IMG/VR virus record: IMGVR_UViG_3300030095_005310
Location: 1 to 31,918 of that record
Origin: a virus
Taxonomy: Duplodnaviria; Caudoviricetes
DNA length: 31,918 bases
Strand: one strand, 5' to 3'
A program made the translations under genes and the position numbers. Of the stretch, positions 16,832 to 26,667 are shown one piece after another. Position 1 is the first letter of the stretch, and each line of letters opens with the position of its first letter. Under the pieces are notes generated by a model that made no database searches, was not told the origin of the DNA, and was given only the letters and a program-made list of their open reading frames with translations.

Positions 16832-18148
16832 ATGGCGCTTTCACTCATTGCAAAACTTGGCCTTGATGGCAAAGGATTTCAAGCCGGCTTGGCAAAGGCC
16901 AACCGTGACTCGCGAAATTTTGCAAGCGGCATCAAGCGTCAGTTTGTTGGGATGTTTGGCGTTGCTGCAATTGGCGTTGCGATTAAACGCGCAACCGATT
17001 ACGCCGACGAAATCAACAACTTGAGTCGCCGGCTTGGTGTGTCTTCGAAGGCGTTGCAGGAATTTAATTATGCGGCCAATTTGTCGGGCTCGGATTTAAA
17101 GAACGTTGCAACGTCGCTTCAACGTGTTCAAGAGGCGCAAGAGCGTCTGAAGAACGGCAACAAACAAACCGAAGAAAGTTTTAAGCGTTTGGGTTTTTCG
17201 TTCGATCAAGCTTTGCAAGTCAACCCGGCGGAAGTGTTTCGACGTGCCGGCGAACAATTTGCGAATCAAAGTTTAAGCGCGGAAAACTTTGGTGATATTC
17301 GAACCCTATTCGGCGCCGAAGCCGGGCCAAGAAATATTCGTATATTTACCGAAGGCTTGGCCGATATGGCAAAAATGGCGCAAGACTCGGGCGCGGTTTT
17401 ATCTGACGCACAAATTCAAACCGCGGCCGATTTAAAAGACACAATTGCAATGTTGAAAATGTCTTTCCTCGGGCCATTTGGGCAAGCGTTGGCAGCTTTG
17501 GGACAAGTTGCCTTGGAGGCAAAAGCGCAATTTTCAGCCTTTCTTGTTGGCCTTCAAATGGTCGGTTCAAAATTGCAAAAAGAGGGCGGATTCAAAGAGT
17601 TGTTTTTCCCTGACCAACTTGGAAAAGGCGGCGTAACAATGTTGCCAAAAATGCCCGATGTTCGCCGGCAAATGATTTCTAATTTTGAAAAACAAGGATT
17701 AAGCAGCGACGAAGCAAGCAGACGCGCCGGCATGGAAATTGCAAAACGGAATCAAAGTGCCTTTGGTATAGCTTTTGGAGATTCTAAAGATTATCGAGAA
17801 GCTGAATTACAATTATTAAAGAACCGCAAAAATCCAAATTCACACGCAAGTTTGTTTAAACTTGGTTACGATACAACGTTGCAAGCGGAACGCGCCGAAA
17901 TGGAGGCGCAACGTTTAGCCTTACAAAAAACGCGGGCGTTGATGACTTCAACGGCCGGCATGGAGGCGACCGGGATTGCGGCCGGCAAAGCGGCAAAAAT
18001 CCAAACAGATCAACTTGCCAAAATGGGTTTATTTATAGGCGGGCGCGGCAATCCGGTTATGAAAGAGGCGCAAAAGCAAACCCGCGAATTGCAGCAAGTT
18101 AAAGTTGAAGTTCAAACGCTCAACAAACAAATAAAAACCAAACTCTGA
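16832..18148 (+). CDS. Tape measure protein (short)
   Basis: 'LIAKLGLDGKGFQAGL' N-terminus, 'ADEINNLSRRLGVSSKALQEFNYAA'; helical and Ala-rich. Confidence 0.85.
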   Translation: MALSLIAKLGLDGKGFQAGLAKANRDSRNFASGIKRQFVGMFGVAAIGVAIKRATDYADEINNLSRRLGVSSKALQEFNYAANLSGSDLKNVATSLQRVQEAQERLKNGNKQTEESFKRLGFSFDQALQVNPAEVFRRAGEQFANQSLSAENFGDIRTLFGAEAGPRNIRIFTEGLADMAKMAQDSGAVLSDAQIQTAADLKDTIAMLKMSFLGPFGQALAALGQVALEAKAQFSAFLVGLQMVGSKLQKEGGFKELFFPDQLGKGGVTMLPKMPDVRRQMISNFEKQGLSSDEASRRAGMEIAKRNQSAFGIAFGDSKDYREAELQLLKNRKNPNSHASLFKLGYDTTLQAERAEMEAQRLALQKTRALMTSTAGMEATGIAAGKAAKIQTDQLAKMGLFIGGRGNPVMKEAQKQTRELQQVKVEVQTLNKQIKTKL

Positions 18149-19020
18149 TGGCAACTTTTAAAGGCATATCGTCAGTCATTGAGCAAGCGCCCGAGCGAGC
18201 TTGGAATTCGATTACCGGTTACACAACAACCCGAATTTACGTTGGCAACAAAATCAAGGTTGAACAGTTTTCGTCCGGTTCAATTAACGATGCAAGCGGG
18301 GCAAGTGTTGTTGCCGGGTACTCAAACGCAAGTATTTCATACGACGGGCCAACCGCAACCTTGCGGCTCACATATAGCGGCACAAACTTTGGCGCCACAT
18401 CATCAAGCACGTCGAACTTGCAACCAAGCGCAAGCGACATTGCCGGCGCGACGCTTTCGAATATTTGGTATTTAGAGGGAAACGACTTGGAGAAAGATTT
18501 GTTTCACTTGGAAAATATGCAAGCAATCTTCAAGAATACGACAAATACCAATTTGTCGGCATTTCGAAAGGATTGGGACATTGCAACATCAGATCGAACC
18601 AATCCCGACGATGTGCCTTTTGTTGATGCAACAAGATACACGGGCACTGTCAACGGCATGAACGCAGCGGCGCAAGCGGCATACGTTAAAAATATTTATA
18701 TTAGCGCATTAAGAGGAACCGAGTTTTTCACCGTGAGCCAATACGTTTTGCGGAATATCAAAGTTGTTCCCCCAACCACAAACCAATCACCGGAACACGC
18801 AAACGTAGGGAGTCAATTTACTAACGCATTGATGACCGCAACAAGCGGCAACGGCCAAAGCGTGCCGGCCGTTATGTTGTCAGGAATCTCAAGCGGGTTT
18901 TGGTTAAAACGAACCCCAAGCGTCGAGCAAACAACCGAAGGCAATTACCAGATCACCAAAGAGTTTTGGTATTCCGAGGATTACGACACGAACATTTACG
19001 GCACGGCAATTTCTAGCTGA
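18148..19020 (+). CDS. Tail tip protein (distal-tail position)
   Basis: Directly after the tape measure; S/T-rich. Confidence 0.55.
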   Translation: MATFKGISSVIEQAPERAWNSITGYTTTRIYVGNKIKVEQFSSGSINDASGASVVAGYSNASISYDGPTATLRLTYSGTNFGATSSSTSNLQPSASDIAGATLSNIWYLEGNDLEKDLFHLENMQAIFKNTTNTNLSAFRKDWDIATSDRTNPDDVPFVDATRYTGTVNGMNAAAQAAYVKNIYISALRGTEFFTVSQYVLRNIKVVPPTTNQSPEHANVGSQFTNALMTATSGNGQSVPAVMLSGISSGFWLKRTPSVEQTTEGNYQITKEFWYSEDYDTNIYGTAISS

Positions 19021-19220
19021 TGAAATTACAACACACACGACCAAGCGGCGACGGGCAGATTGCGAACGCAATCAAAAAGCTTCAGCGTGAAGTTGAAGGC
19101 TTACGCGCAAGCCAAGCGCCAAACGCATTACTTTCGCGCACAACCCGCGGCACGGCAGTCAGGCCAAACGCCGGCCCGTCAAACATATCAAACACGCACG
19201 TCGTCGCCCGTTGGTTGTGA
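19020..19220 (+). CDS. Small tail-associated protein
   Basis: 66 aa; exactly fills the gap between two tail genes. Confidence 0.6.
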   Translation: MKLQHTRPSGDGQIANAIKKLQREVEGLRASQAPNALLSRTTRGTAVRPNAGPSNISNTHVVARWL

Positions 19221-19221
19221 A

Positions 19222-22200
19222 ATGGCCGTTGAATATACAAAAGCCGACGAGGTTTGGCCGGGCAAACGCTTATCATCGAGGGATTACAACAAGCTCGCCC
19301 TTGCGTTCAATGATCGTTTAAGGCAAGGCGTCGCCGACCCCTCTTGGCGATTGTTTTGGTATGCTCATTCGCTTTTTCGCGGAATGCGAAACCCGGACGC
19401 GGCCGGCAACAATTGGGCCGCGGAGGACGAATGGTGGAAATTTTACTCTCACATTCCAAAAGATTCCGATTTGCGTTGGCCTCAAAGCGGGCCGGGTTTG
19501 CCCGAGGGAATCAATGTATCAAACCCAATGGGCGCTTTTATTTATGGTAACGAGCCTAATATTGAAGCCGAAGACGGACGTTTGAACCCGAACGGGCGCT
19601 TTGACGGCGCCGAATCAACTGACGATCCGCCAACCGGAATCCCGCTTTATTTAATGGTCGGCGGCAGCATCACCGCACCAACAACAAACGAGCATTATTG
19701 GACTTTAGCCAAGCATCAACGCGGCGCGTGGAATCCTTCGTTGGATCGCAATTTTAAAACGGCTTGCGCGTTGGCAGCGGCTCAAGAGCATGGGAAAATT
19801 GACTATTCACCGTCGCAATATTATCTCAAAGGATATGGAGGTTTTCACGGCGTGCCGGCAGTCAATTCGTCATCCACAACGTGTGAAGATGGTTTTACTC
19901 CAAATTACACAATCAAATTTGATTCATTAGTTTCTGGCGTTGCTGATAAAACTTTTGGAACGTGCCCGGAAAACCCAACTGACGTTTATTTATATTATGA
20001 AGGGTTCGCCTCTTATTTGTTGTTGAAATTCAACGGCACCGTCGAATCACTACCGTTAGCCGATTGGAATGAAGGGCCGTATAACGACGAAGCATATTTG
20101 CAACGTGTTAAAGGCCAACAACTCAACCAAGTTTTAAATTTCTTTGCCAAGGAATACCGAGGCACAACAAGCGAGCGCGGTGATTCAGATATTGTTTCAA
20201 GCCGGGCGTTTCCTTTTCAAGATTTTCTTACGTCACAATATCCCTTGGCACCAAGTTTTGGGACGGTTTCAAGCGGCAACATAACAGCACAATATAAGTC
20301 ATTCACCAAAAATGGCCCGAATGAAAGCGGGCGAACATTTGACGTTGATTCGGCGACTTCATACCAGATCAACGATAAATTTTGTTTTGGCGGATTTTAC
20401 GCAAGTGTGTCGGGCTCATTCAGCGGCGAAATAGAAATTGACGTAATTGCAGACGGAGACACCTTGACGACGTTTACACTCAGTCAGGGCGGCGACCATC
20501 TTCAATACTTCAAGCATCCGCGGCGCGAATGTTTGGTTGAATTTAAAACGGCAAGTTTCTTTCCAAGTGGGGCAAACGTGACCATCGAGGTCGCCGAGTT
20601 GCTAAATTATGCGCCGGGCGTTTACGACGCATACGTTGTCACGCGATTGGCAAGTTGCGCCACGTTATCGGGCAGCATGGACAAGCGCGGCGAAACGTTT
20701 ACAAGCGCCAAGTCTGCCGGCGAAAACTTGCTTGAGATCGGTTGCATCGTAAATCTTTCAAGCAGCGTTGGCGGCGTAGATCGCGAAGACCAAATTAACA
20801 GCAACCCGGTTTATGAGTCAGGCCGGCAAATGGTTCACGATTCGCTCCGCTTGGCCGAGCGGCATTTATTGACCGGGTACGAAGTTATTGAAGAAAACAG
20901 CACGCAAAAATCAGTTTTATACTTCAACCGTTACGCTCGCGGGATGAATAACAAAGATTTGGACGTGTTCCGCGGGATTGCTGCCCCAACCGATTCAGTT
21001 GCAAGCGGCGACTTGGTGCCCGGCGAGGTTTACGAGGTTGTAAGTGACGAAGCAAGCTACGGCGTTGAATACAATGGGGCGAGCTACACTGACGGCCAAA
21101 CGTTCACGGCGACCAACGAGCGGGATTACACCACAAGCCCAAGCGACGCCGACCCGGTTGCCTTTGTTGTGCCGCATAATGGGATTCGATCAACTCCCCT
21201 GCCCGATGACAAAAAAGACCCGTTGCGCGGGCAGACAAATGAATGGCAAATGTTTGTTTCAACCAACGTTTACAAAAACTCGGATTCGTCGATTTATAAG
21301 CCCGAGGCGTTTGGTGATATTTTAGGTTTTTTAAATGATCGGTGTTCGTTTCTTTCCGATGCGTGGCGCCATTCAAACGCAACGGCGTCAGAAATCCGCC
21401 GCCATGTTGCATATAACACGAAGCCAATTATGCGGGCCGAGCATCCGACCGGATACCGGCATTTACTAGGAACCCATTGGACGGGCGACCAATATTTTCC
21501 GGGCTGGAACTCATTAGTGCGAAGCCAAAACGTTTTCAACTCGGGTTGCCAAAATCTTTCAACGTCAACAAATTGCACCGGAGTTATCAACCATCTTTCC
21601 AGTTGCCAAATTTATCGCCCCGATTATGAAATTGAAAAGGTCGAGCGGAACGGGGCAACCGGCGTAAAAGTAACTTTAAAAGGCCGATTGCAAAACGAAA
21701 GTGCGCCTTATGTTGCATCAACCGGCGTTGTGATTGCCAACACTCAAACAGGATGGCAAAACGCAACGACTGGAAGCTTTGCGCCTCATTATCGAACCGA
21801 CGAAAACGCCGTGCTTGAATATTTGTTGTATACAACAACCGGCACAAATTGCGCTTTAAGAACGGGCGACGTTGCTATTGATGCAAACTCGGCATCTGGG
21901 TTTTACAGCAACGACTTTTTCGGTAATTGCTTTCCGCGGTTTTATTTCAGCCGCAACATTCGCCACGTTTACAACGATAAGCCCGACAATTATGACACGG
22001 CCGACACGCCGGCTTTTTCCGATGAGTTGCTTTATATGGAATTTATTTTGCAAGCGATTTGCGGCGGATTCGTAGACATGGAAAGCACGCTGAAGCTGAC
22101 TTGCACGCATCAATCGAGATTGTACGACTACACGTTTCCTAATCTTTGCCAACAAGCTTTACGTCAGGGGCCAAAGTATCTCGATCCCGTTGCGGTTACT

Positions 22201-23568
22201 AAAGACGGCAGTACGTTAGATTGGGAGGCAGTCGAGGGCGTGCTTTATACGGTGTACGGAGTCGATACGGACGGCGTTAAATATTTAATTGCCCAAGAAG
22301 TCACGCCGACAATCACAACATCAACGAGTTACAATTCTTACGTCGCTTATGGTTACGGCAAAGGAACAAGCGAGATTGTTGATTTTACCGTGACCGATAC
22401 GGATGCCGGCGGGCATACAATCAATTGGGTTGCAACTGATGTTGACCGCGTGCGCTATTATCTGCGCGGCCGGCTTAATTCTTCAAACAATTGGTTTTAT
22501 TGGTCCGGAACGGGTTGGACTTCAGGCAAATCAAGTGCCCTCGATGCCAATTCTCCGATCACTTTATTAAGCACGCAAAAGCGGCAGCAATATCGTATTG
22601 AAGCTGATTACAACGGTTCAAAACGATGGATGGAATTTTTGCCGGGAGATATTCGGGAAGACAACGCCCAAGGGTTTGGGCCGTTTCCAAATACAAATTT
22701 GTATGCCCGTATTTTCAACAATTTAGTCAACGCGGTGAACCTATTGCAACGAGCCCGTATTGAATTGCCATTGACGTTTGAGTTTCGACATTCTGCCGTT
22801 ACTTATTACGCAACCGAAAAAGGCGATACCGGAATTGATATGTCGGTGAACACATATCCGTTCGATTACACTTGCACCGAAGGAACGACAAAGGTTGCCG
22901 CGGTCGATAACTTTACACCGTTAAATGGAGAAGCAACTGGTTCATACGGAGGCAGCGCAATCAGCGACCGGGCGCTTTCAACTGATGCAACCGCGTGGGC
23001 GACGGGAACGGCAATTGACTCGCTTTATCAAGTTGATTTAGGCGGGCCATTTACGGCAGCTTGTGGAGGTTCAAACAAACAAGGTGCATTAACGGCATCA
23101 AGCGGCAATTTTTATTTAGTGTCCAGCAATTATAAAGGCGAAGTTCGCGTTCAAGATGAGCCAATCAAGTATGCTTTACCATCAACCATTCGAACACAAT
23201 TTACCGCGGCGCCGGGATTGCTCGGCGTCACGAATCATCATTTTAAGCGGCACAAAATTGACGCAAGCGGCAGCCTTGGGACAAACGGAGGCGTGACCGT
23301 CACAACGAACAAATATTTGGCAATTGAAGAAGACATTGACGTGTGTGGTTTTTTTGAAAATGGACAAGTCATTGACGCGGCCGACAACCCGTTTTACTCA
23401 GAGTTTACCAAATCAAGTGCGTTCAGTTACGACCAAAGAAATGTTGGCGGCACAAATTATTTTGCCGGGTTTGGTAGCCATTGCACGTCTACGTTTACGC
23501 CGTTCACAAGCAAACCAATGTGGATCAAAATTGATTTGATCGAAGCAGATTACAAATTTAATGAATGA
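19222..23568 (+). CDS. Large tail tip / adsorption protein
   Basis: About 1448 aa from the ATG at 19222; beta- and aromatic-rich; tail-module position. Confidence 0.65.
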   Translation: MAVEYTKADEVWPGKRLSSRDYNKLALAFNDRLRQGVADPSWRLFWYAHSLFRGMRNPDAAGNNWAAEDEWWKFYSHIPKDSDLRWPQSGPGLPEGINVSNPMGAFIYGNEPNIEAEDGRLNPNGRFDGAESTDDPPTGIPLYLMVGGSITAPTTNEHYWTLAKHQRGAWNPSLDRNFKTACALAAAQEHGKIDYSPSQYYLKGYGGFHGVPAVNSSSTTCEDGFTPNYTIKFDSLVSGVADKTFGTCPENPTDVYLYYEGFASYLLLKFNGTVESLPLADWNEGPYNDEAYLQRVKGQQLNQVLNFFAKEYRGTTSERGDSDIVSSRAFPFQDFLTSQYPLAPSFGTVSSGNITAQYKSFTKNGPNESGRTFDVDSATSYQINDKFCFGGFYASVSGSFSGEIEIDVIADGDTLTTFTLSQGGDHLQYFKHPRRECLVEFKTASFFPSGANVTIEVAELLNYAPGVYDAYVVTRLASCATLSGSMDKRGETFTSAKSAGENLLEIGCIVNLSSSVGGVDREDQINSNPVYESGRQMVHDSLRLAERHLLTGYEVIEENSTQKSVLYFNRYARGMNNKDLDVFRGIAAPTDSVASGDLVPGEVYEVVSDEASYGVEYNGASYTDGQTFTATNERDYTTSPSDADPVAFVVPHNGIRSTPLPDDKKDPLRGQTNEWQMFVSTNVYKNSDSSIYKPEAFGDILGFLNDRCSFLSDAWRHSNATASEIRRHVAYNTKPIMRAEHPTGYRHLLGTHWTGDQYFPGWNSLVRSQNVFNSGCQNLSTSTNCTGVINHLSSCQIYRPDYEIEKVERNGATGVKVTLKGRLQNESAPYVASTGVVIANTQTGWQNATTGSFAPHYRTDENAVLEYLLYTTTGTNCALRTGDVAIDANSASGFYSNDFFGNCFPRFYFSRNIRHVYNDKPDNYDTADTPAFSDELLYMEFILQAICGGFVDMESTLKLTCTHQSRLYDYTFPNLCQQALRQGPKYLDPVAVTKDGSTLDWEAVEGVLYTVYGVDTDGVKYLIAQEVTPTITTSTSYNSYVAYGYGKGTSEIVDFTVTDTDAGGHTINWVATDVDRVRYYLRGRLNSSNNWFYWSGTGWTSGKSSALDANSPITLLSTQKRQQYRIEADYNGSKRWMEFLPGDIREDNAQGFGPFPNTNLYARIFNNLVNAVNLLQRARIELPLTFEFRHSAVTYYATEKGDTGIDMSVNTYPFDYTCTEGTTKVAAVDNFTPLNGEATGSYGGSAISDRALSTDATAWATGTAIDSLYQVDLGGPFTAACGGSNKQGALTASSGNFYLVSSNYKGEVRVQDEPIKYALPSTIRTQFTAAPGLLGVTNHHFKRHKIDASGSLGTNGGVTVTTNKYLAIEEDIDVCGFFENGQVIDAADNPFYSEFTKSSAFSYDQRNVGGTNYFAGFGSHCTSTFTPFTSKPMWIKIDLIEADYKFNE

Positions 23569-24022
23569 CCCGGCCAACCTTGCCGAAGACTATGAAAATC
23601 TTGGCGGCATTAAAATCACTTGGGACGCCGTTACCGGGGCAACCAAATATTTGATTTACCGCATGGACGAAGACACGGGCACAACGCCGGCATACTTGGC
23701 CGAGACAACCGCAACCAACTTTATTGACTTTGGCCCGCCACGAACAACGCCCGACTTGGCCGCGATTAATTACGAGTACACCGTCAAGGCAACGGACGGC
23801 ACAACAACATCGAGCGGATCAACTTTAAGCGTGTCTTGCTCGGGCTTGGCTCACACCGAAGTTGCGGCAATTGGCCTCGGACATCCGAAATACAAGATCG
23901 GTTCAACGGCTTACACGGCAACCCTTTCGGCAATTAGTTATTCGGGCACAGACACGGCAACCACAACGCAAGTCAACGATTCATGCGCTTTGACCCTAGC
24001 CAAAAGCTTGAGCCGACTCTAA
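23561..24022 (+). CDS. Fibronectin type III / Ig-like virion protein
   Basis: 'ITWDAVTGATKYLIYR', 'YEYTVKATD'. Confidence 0.75.
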   Translation: MNDPANLAEDYENLGGIKITWDAVTGATKYLIYRMDEDTGTTPAYLAETTATNFIDFGPPRTTPDLAAINYEYTVKATDGTTTSSGSTLSVSCSGLAHTEVAAIGLGHPKYKIGSTAYTATLSAISYSGTDTATTTQVNDSCALTLAKSLSRL

Positions 24023-24060
24023 GCGTCAACGCGGCCCGCCAACCCGTTTGGCCCGTCGAT

Positions 24061-24291
24061 ATGCCTCCGAGTCTGTTTCGGCGAATTTTAAACGCTTCAA
24101 AATCGCTTGTAAGGAACTTTTGGCATATCACCAAGGGCAACACACCGGGCCAAACTAAACTACAAACCAAGCGGGCGAGGATTTGCGAAACGTGCGAATT
24201 TCAACGCCAAGGCGTTTGCGTGAAGTGTGGTTGCTTTCTAAAAGCGAAAACTTGGCTAAAGGCCGAAGCGTGCCCCGTTGGCAAATGGTAA
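24061..24291 (+). CDS. Small Cys-rich metal-binding protein (alternative start 23983)
   Basis: 'RICETC...CVKCGCFLKAKT...CPVGKW'. Confidence 0.7.
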   Translation: MPPSLFRRILNASKSLVRNFWHITKGNTPGQTKLQTKRARICETCEFQRQGVCVKCGCFLKAKTWLKAEACPVGKW

Positions 24292-24303
24292 AATAAGCGA
24301 AAA

Positions 24304-24326
24304 AACGCGCCATCAAAACGCCAACA
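24304..24326 (+). repeat. attP left arm-type repeat
   Basis: AACGCGCCATCAAAACGCCAACA; 22/23 identical to 24521-24543. Confidence 0.75.
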
Positions 24327-24357
24327 GTTTTAAAAAACGCTTATTTGTTAGGAAAAA

Positions 24358-24387
24358 TGGTCGGGATGGCGAGATTCGAACTCGCGA
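24358..24387 (-). other. attP: attP core, matching the 3' end of a tRNA-Pro
   Basis: Reverse complement TCGCGAGTTCGAATCTCGCCATCCCGACCA: T-arm, acceptor strand, G72-A73-CCA; upstream of the integrase. Confidence 0.88.
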
Positions 24388-24520
24388 ATCCCTCTTGGGT
24401 TATTCGGTCAATTTCCCGTTGTTTTTCGTGTAAAAACGTCTTTTTGCTAACGTTTTAAACCCTTTTACCAAATCCCATTGAGGGAAAGAAAAGGACACAA
24501 AGGGACAAAAAAGGCTTGGC

Positions 24521-24543
24521 AACGCGCCAACAAAACGCCAACA
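24521..24543 (+). repeat. attP right arm-type repeat
   Basis: AACGCGCCAACAAAACGCCAACA, 10 nt before the integrase ATG. Confidence 0.75.
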
Positions 24544-24553
24544 TTTTTCCGCT

Positions 24554-25651
24554 ATGAAAAAAGTGAGAGGCGTTACAAAACAAGACGTTCGCGGCGTTAC
24601 CAAATACATGACTGAATATCGAATCGACGGGAAACGTGCCCGCCGGTTTTTTGATACCAAAGGCGCCGCCGAGTTGCATTTGAAATCAATTCAGAATGAC
24701 CGAGCCGGCGCGGTCGCGAAACTGCATGCCCTCCCCGACGATGTAAAGATTGATTTATTGAACGCCTATTTGCGGGCCGAAAAAAATGGATACAACATAC
24801 ACCAAGCTTGCGCCGAGTTTGAAAAATCCCCCGAGTGTCTGCCGACGCTTTCATTTGAAGCTGCCCGCGATAGATTTATTGCCGGCAAAAAGCTGAAGAA
24901 CCTTCGCCCGCGCTCAATCAAAACTTACGAATCAACGTTTAATCACGTTGGGATGATTTTTGACGATTACGATTTTCATCAGATTGCCAAAGTTGATTTC
25001 CAAGATTGGTTACTTGATCAAGGCTTTGAGCCAAAAACCGTGAACAATTATATTGGCAATCTAAACACGTTGCGTAATTGGATCGCCAAACAGAATTTTG
25101 AAGTTGGCCGATTCAATCCGTTCGACATTGAGAAAATCGCAATTGATGCCGACGACCCCGAGATTTTTGACATCGAAGACGTTAAACCGTATTTGCGGGC
25201 CGCACTACAAGTGCCCGAGGTTGGCCTTGTTGTCGTCTTGGTGTTGCTTTGCGGGCTTCGCGTATCTGAAGCAATACACACGTCGCCAAAAGAATTCAAA
25301 CTTGATAAAGAAACCCCAACCGTGACCGTCCGAGGCGCGGCAGCAAAGAAGCGGCAACGTCGCATCATCGAGATCACGCCAAACGCCGTCGCATGGCTCA
25401 AGGCCGCAATGGCCGCGGGATGCGTTCAGCCGGCAACCGAGGCGCAATTCATCAAGGCCCGAAAAACGGCCAAGCTACAAACGGCCGCAAACGTCATGCG
25501 TCATTCGTTTTGCAGCTATCACGTCGCCCGATTCAAAAACAAAAACGAGACGGCACAAGCGGCGGGCAACTCTCCGCAAATGATTGACGAATTTTATCGA
25601 GAATTGGTCGAGCCCGAGGACGCCGAAAAGTTTTTTTCAATAATGCCTTGA
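24554..25651 (+). CDS. int: Tyrosine integrase
   Basis: 'CGLRVSEA', 'AKKRQRR', 'NVMRHSFCSY', 'AGNSPQMIDEFY'. Confidence 0.95.
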   Translation: MKKVRGVTKQDVRGVTKYMTEYRIDGKRARRFFDTKGAAELHLKSIQNDRAGAVAKLHALPDDVKIDLLNAYLRAEKNGYNIHQACAEFEKSPECLPTLSFEAARDRFIAGKKLKNLRPRSIKTYESTFNHVGMIFDDYDFHQIAKVDFQDWLLDQGFEPKTVNNYIGNLNTLRNWIAKQNFEVGRFNPFDIEKIAIDADDPEIFDIEDVKPYLRAALQVPEVGLVVVLVLLCGLRVSEAIHTSPKEFKLDKETPTVTVRGAAAKKRQRRIIEITPNAVAWLKAAMAAGCVQPATEAQFIKARKTAKLQTAANVMRHSFCSYHVARFKNKNETAQAAGNSPQMIDEFYRELVEPEDAEKFFSIMP

Positions 25652-25653
25652 CC

Positions 25654-25666
25654 GGTGTGGCACACC
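25654..25666 (+). promoter_or_regulatory. Palindromic operator GGTGTG-G-CACACC upstream of the RHH gene
   Basis: Perfect dyad; same family as the cluster at 26668-26788. Confidence 0.7.
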
Positions 25667-25718
25667 AAGGCACATTGCGTGCCGTTCAACGACATTTAAA
25701 GACACTAAGACGCCAATA

Positions 25719-25916
25719 ATGCCAAACCAAAGAGACGAACTAAAACGTTCCCTTTCAATGTATCTTTGGGAGACTGACAAGGAGGTTTTGAAAAAACTGG
25801 CAGACGAACACGGCATGACTTTGACTGAAGTTGTTGAATTTTTAATAAATGAGCTAAACAACCAAAGCGACAAAATTACGAAACAAAAGATTAATAAATG
25901 GAAAAAGAAAAACTAA
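25719..25916 (+). CDS. Ribbon-helix-helix protein, probable repressor
   Basis: 'KRSLSMYLWETDKEVLKKLADEHGMTLTEVVEFLI' CopG/Arc-like pattern. Confidence 0.75.
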   Translation: MPNQRDELKRSLSMYLWETDKEVLKKLADEHGMTLTEVVEFLINELNNQSDKITKQKINKWKKKN

Positions 25917-26599
25917 ATCAAAAATTTGAGCAACTGAAAAACGCACAAAAAAAACGCAATTATTTACAAGTTCAAAGCATATTCAATATTGTAAAAAAAT
26001 TACCAACTTGCGTTTGGGTAATGATGATTTTGACAAGTATTTGTTTAATTTACATTATCAAGGTTGATCATAAGTTGAAAAACCAAATTAAACTTGAGCA
26101 AAAACAAAAGCACCAAATTCGGCAGGATTTAGTCGAGGTGCGGAATGATTTAAAAGTCGCAAAAGCAGAAATCAGAGTAAAAGATTTAACAATTGAAAAT
26201 TGTTTAACTACTCACGCTAACGAAAACCAAGAAATTGCTATAATGCGTAATAATTTAAGGCATAAAATGATTGGCAAACAGTTTTATCAAGCAGTCGCAA
26301 GCGAGCTTGCAGGGCGTCCAAAAACCAACATGGATTATCACCTTGAAAAAATGTTTTCAAACAACCATGAAAGAGCTTCTTTAATTAAAGATACATGGAT
26401 AAAAGACGCACTCGATTTAGGCGCAATGAATGTTGCCGAGTTAGTTGGTAAAAGGATTGAACTTGTAAAAGACAAAGAAAAATTCGAAGCCATTGCGGCC
26501 ATTAAAAAAGTGATGAAACACAAACGCGATACTTTTGAAAAAGTTATTAAAAAACAAAATATAGCTCCCACATGGGAACAACAATGTTCGGGCGAATAA
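25898..26599 (+). CDS. Membrane-anchored coiled-coil protein
   Basis: TM 'CVWVMMILTSICLIYII'; AT-rich gene. Confidence 0.65.
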   Translation: MEKEKLNQKFEQLKNAQKKRNYLQVQSIFNIVKKLPTCVWVMMILTSICLIYIIKVDHKLKNQIKLEQKQKHQIRQDLVEVRNDLKVAKAEIRVKDLTIENCLTTHANENQEIAIMRNNLRHKMIGKQFYQAVASELAGRPKTNMDYHLEKMFSNNHERASLIKDTWIKDALDLGAMNVAELVGKRIELVKDKEKFEAIAAIKKVMKHKRDTFEKVIKKQNIAPTWEQQCSGE

Positions 26600-26667
26600 A
26601 AAAAATTTTTCAAGACTCGCATTGCAATTTTGCATTAAAAAAAACAAATGACTAAATTTAAAAAATT

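Noticed and set aside
19060-19221. Upstream starts given by the ORF track (19060, 4514, 678, 27071, 3506)
   Set aside because: They overlap upstream genes; the starts at 19222, 4589, 690, 27137 and 3545 fit better
9393-24022. Diversity-generating retroelement or invertible fibre cassette
   Set aside because: No reverse transcriptase, template/variable repeat pair or serine invertase seen
24358-24387. Phage-encoded tRNA gene
   Set aside because: Only the T-arm and 3' acceptor strand are present; it is the attP core
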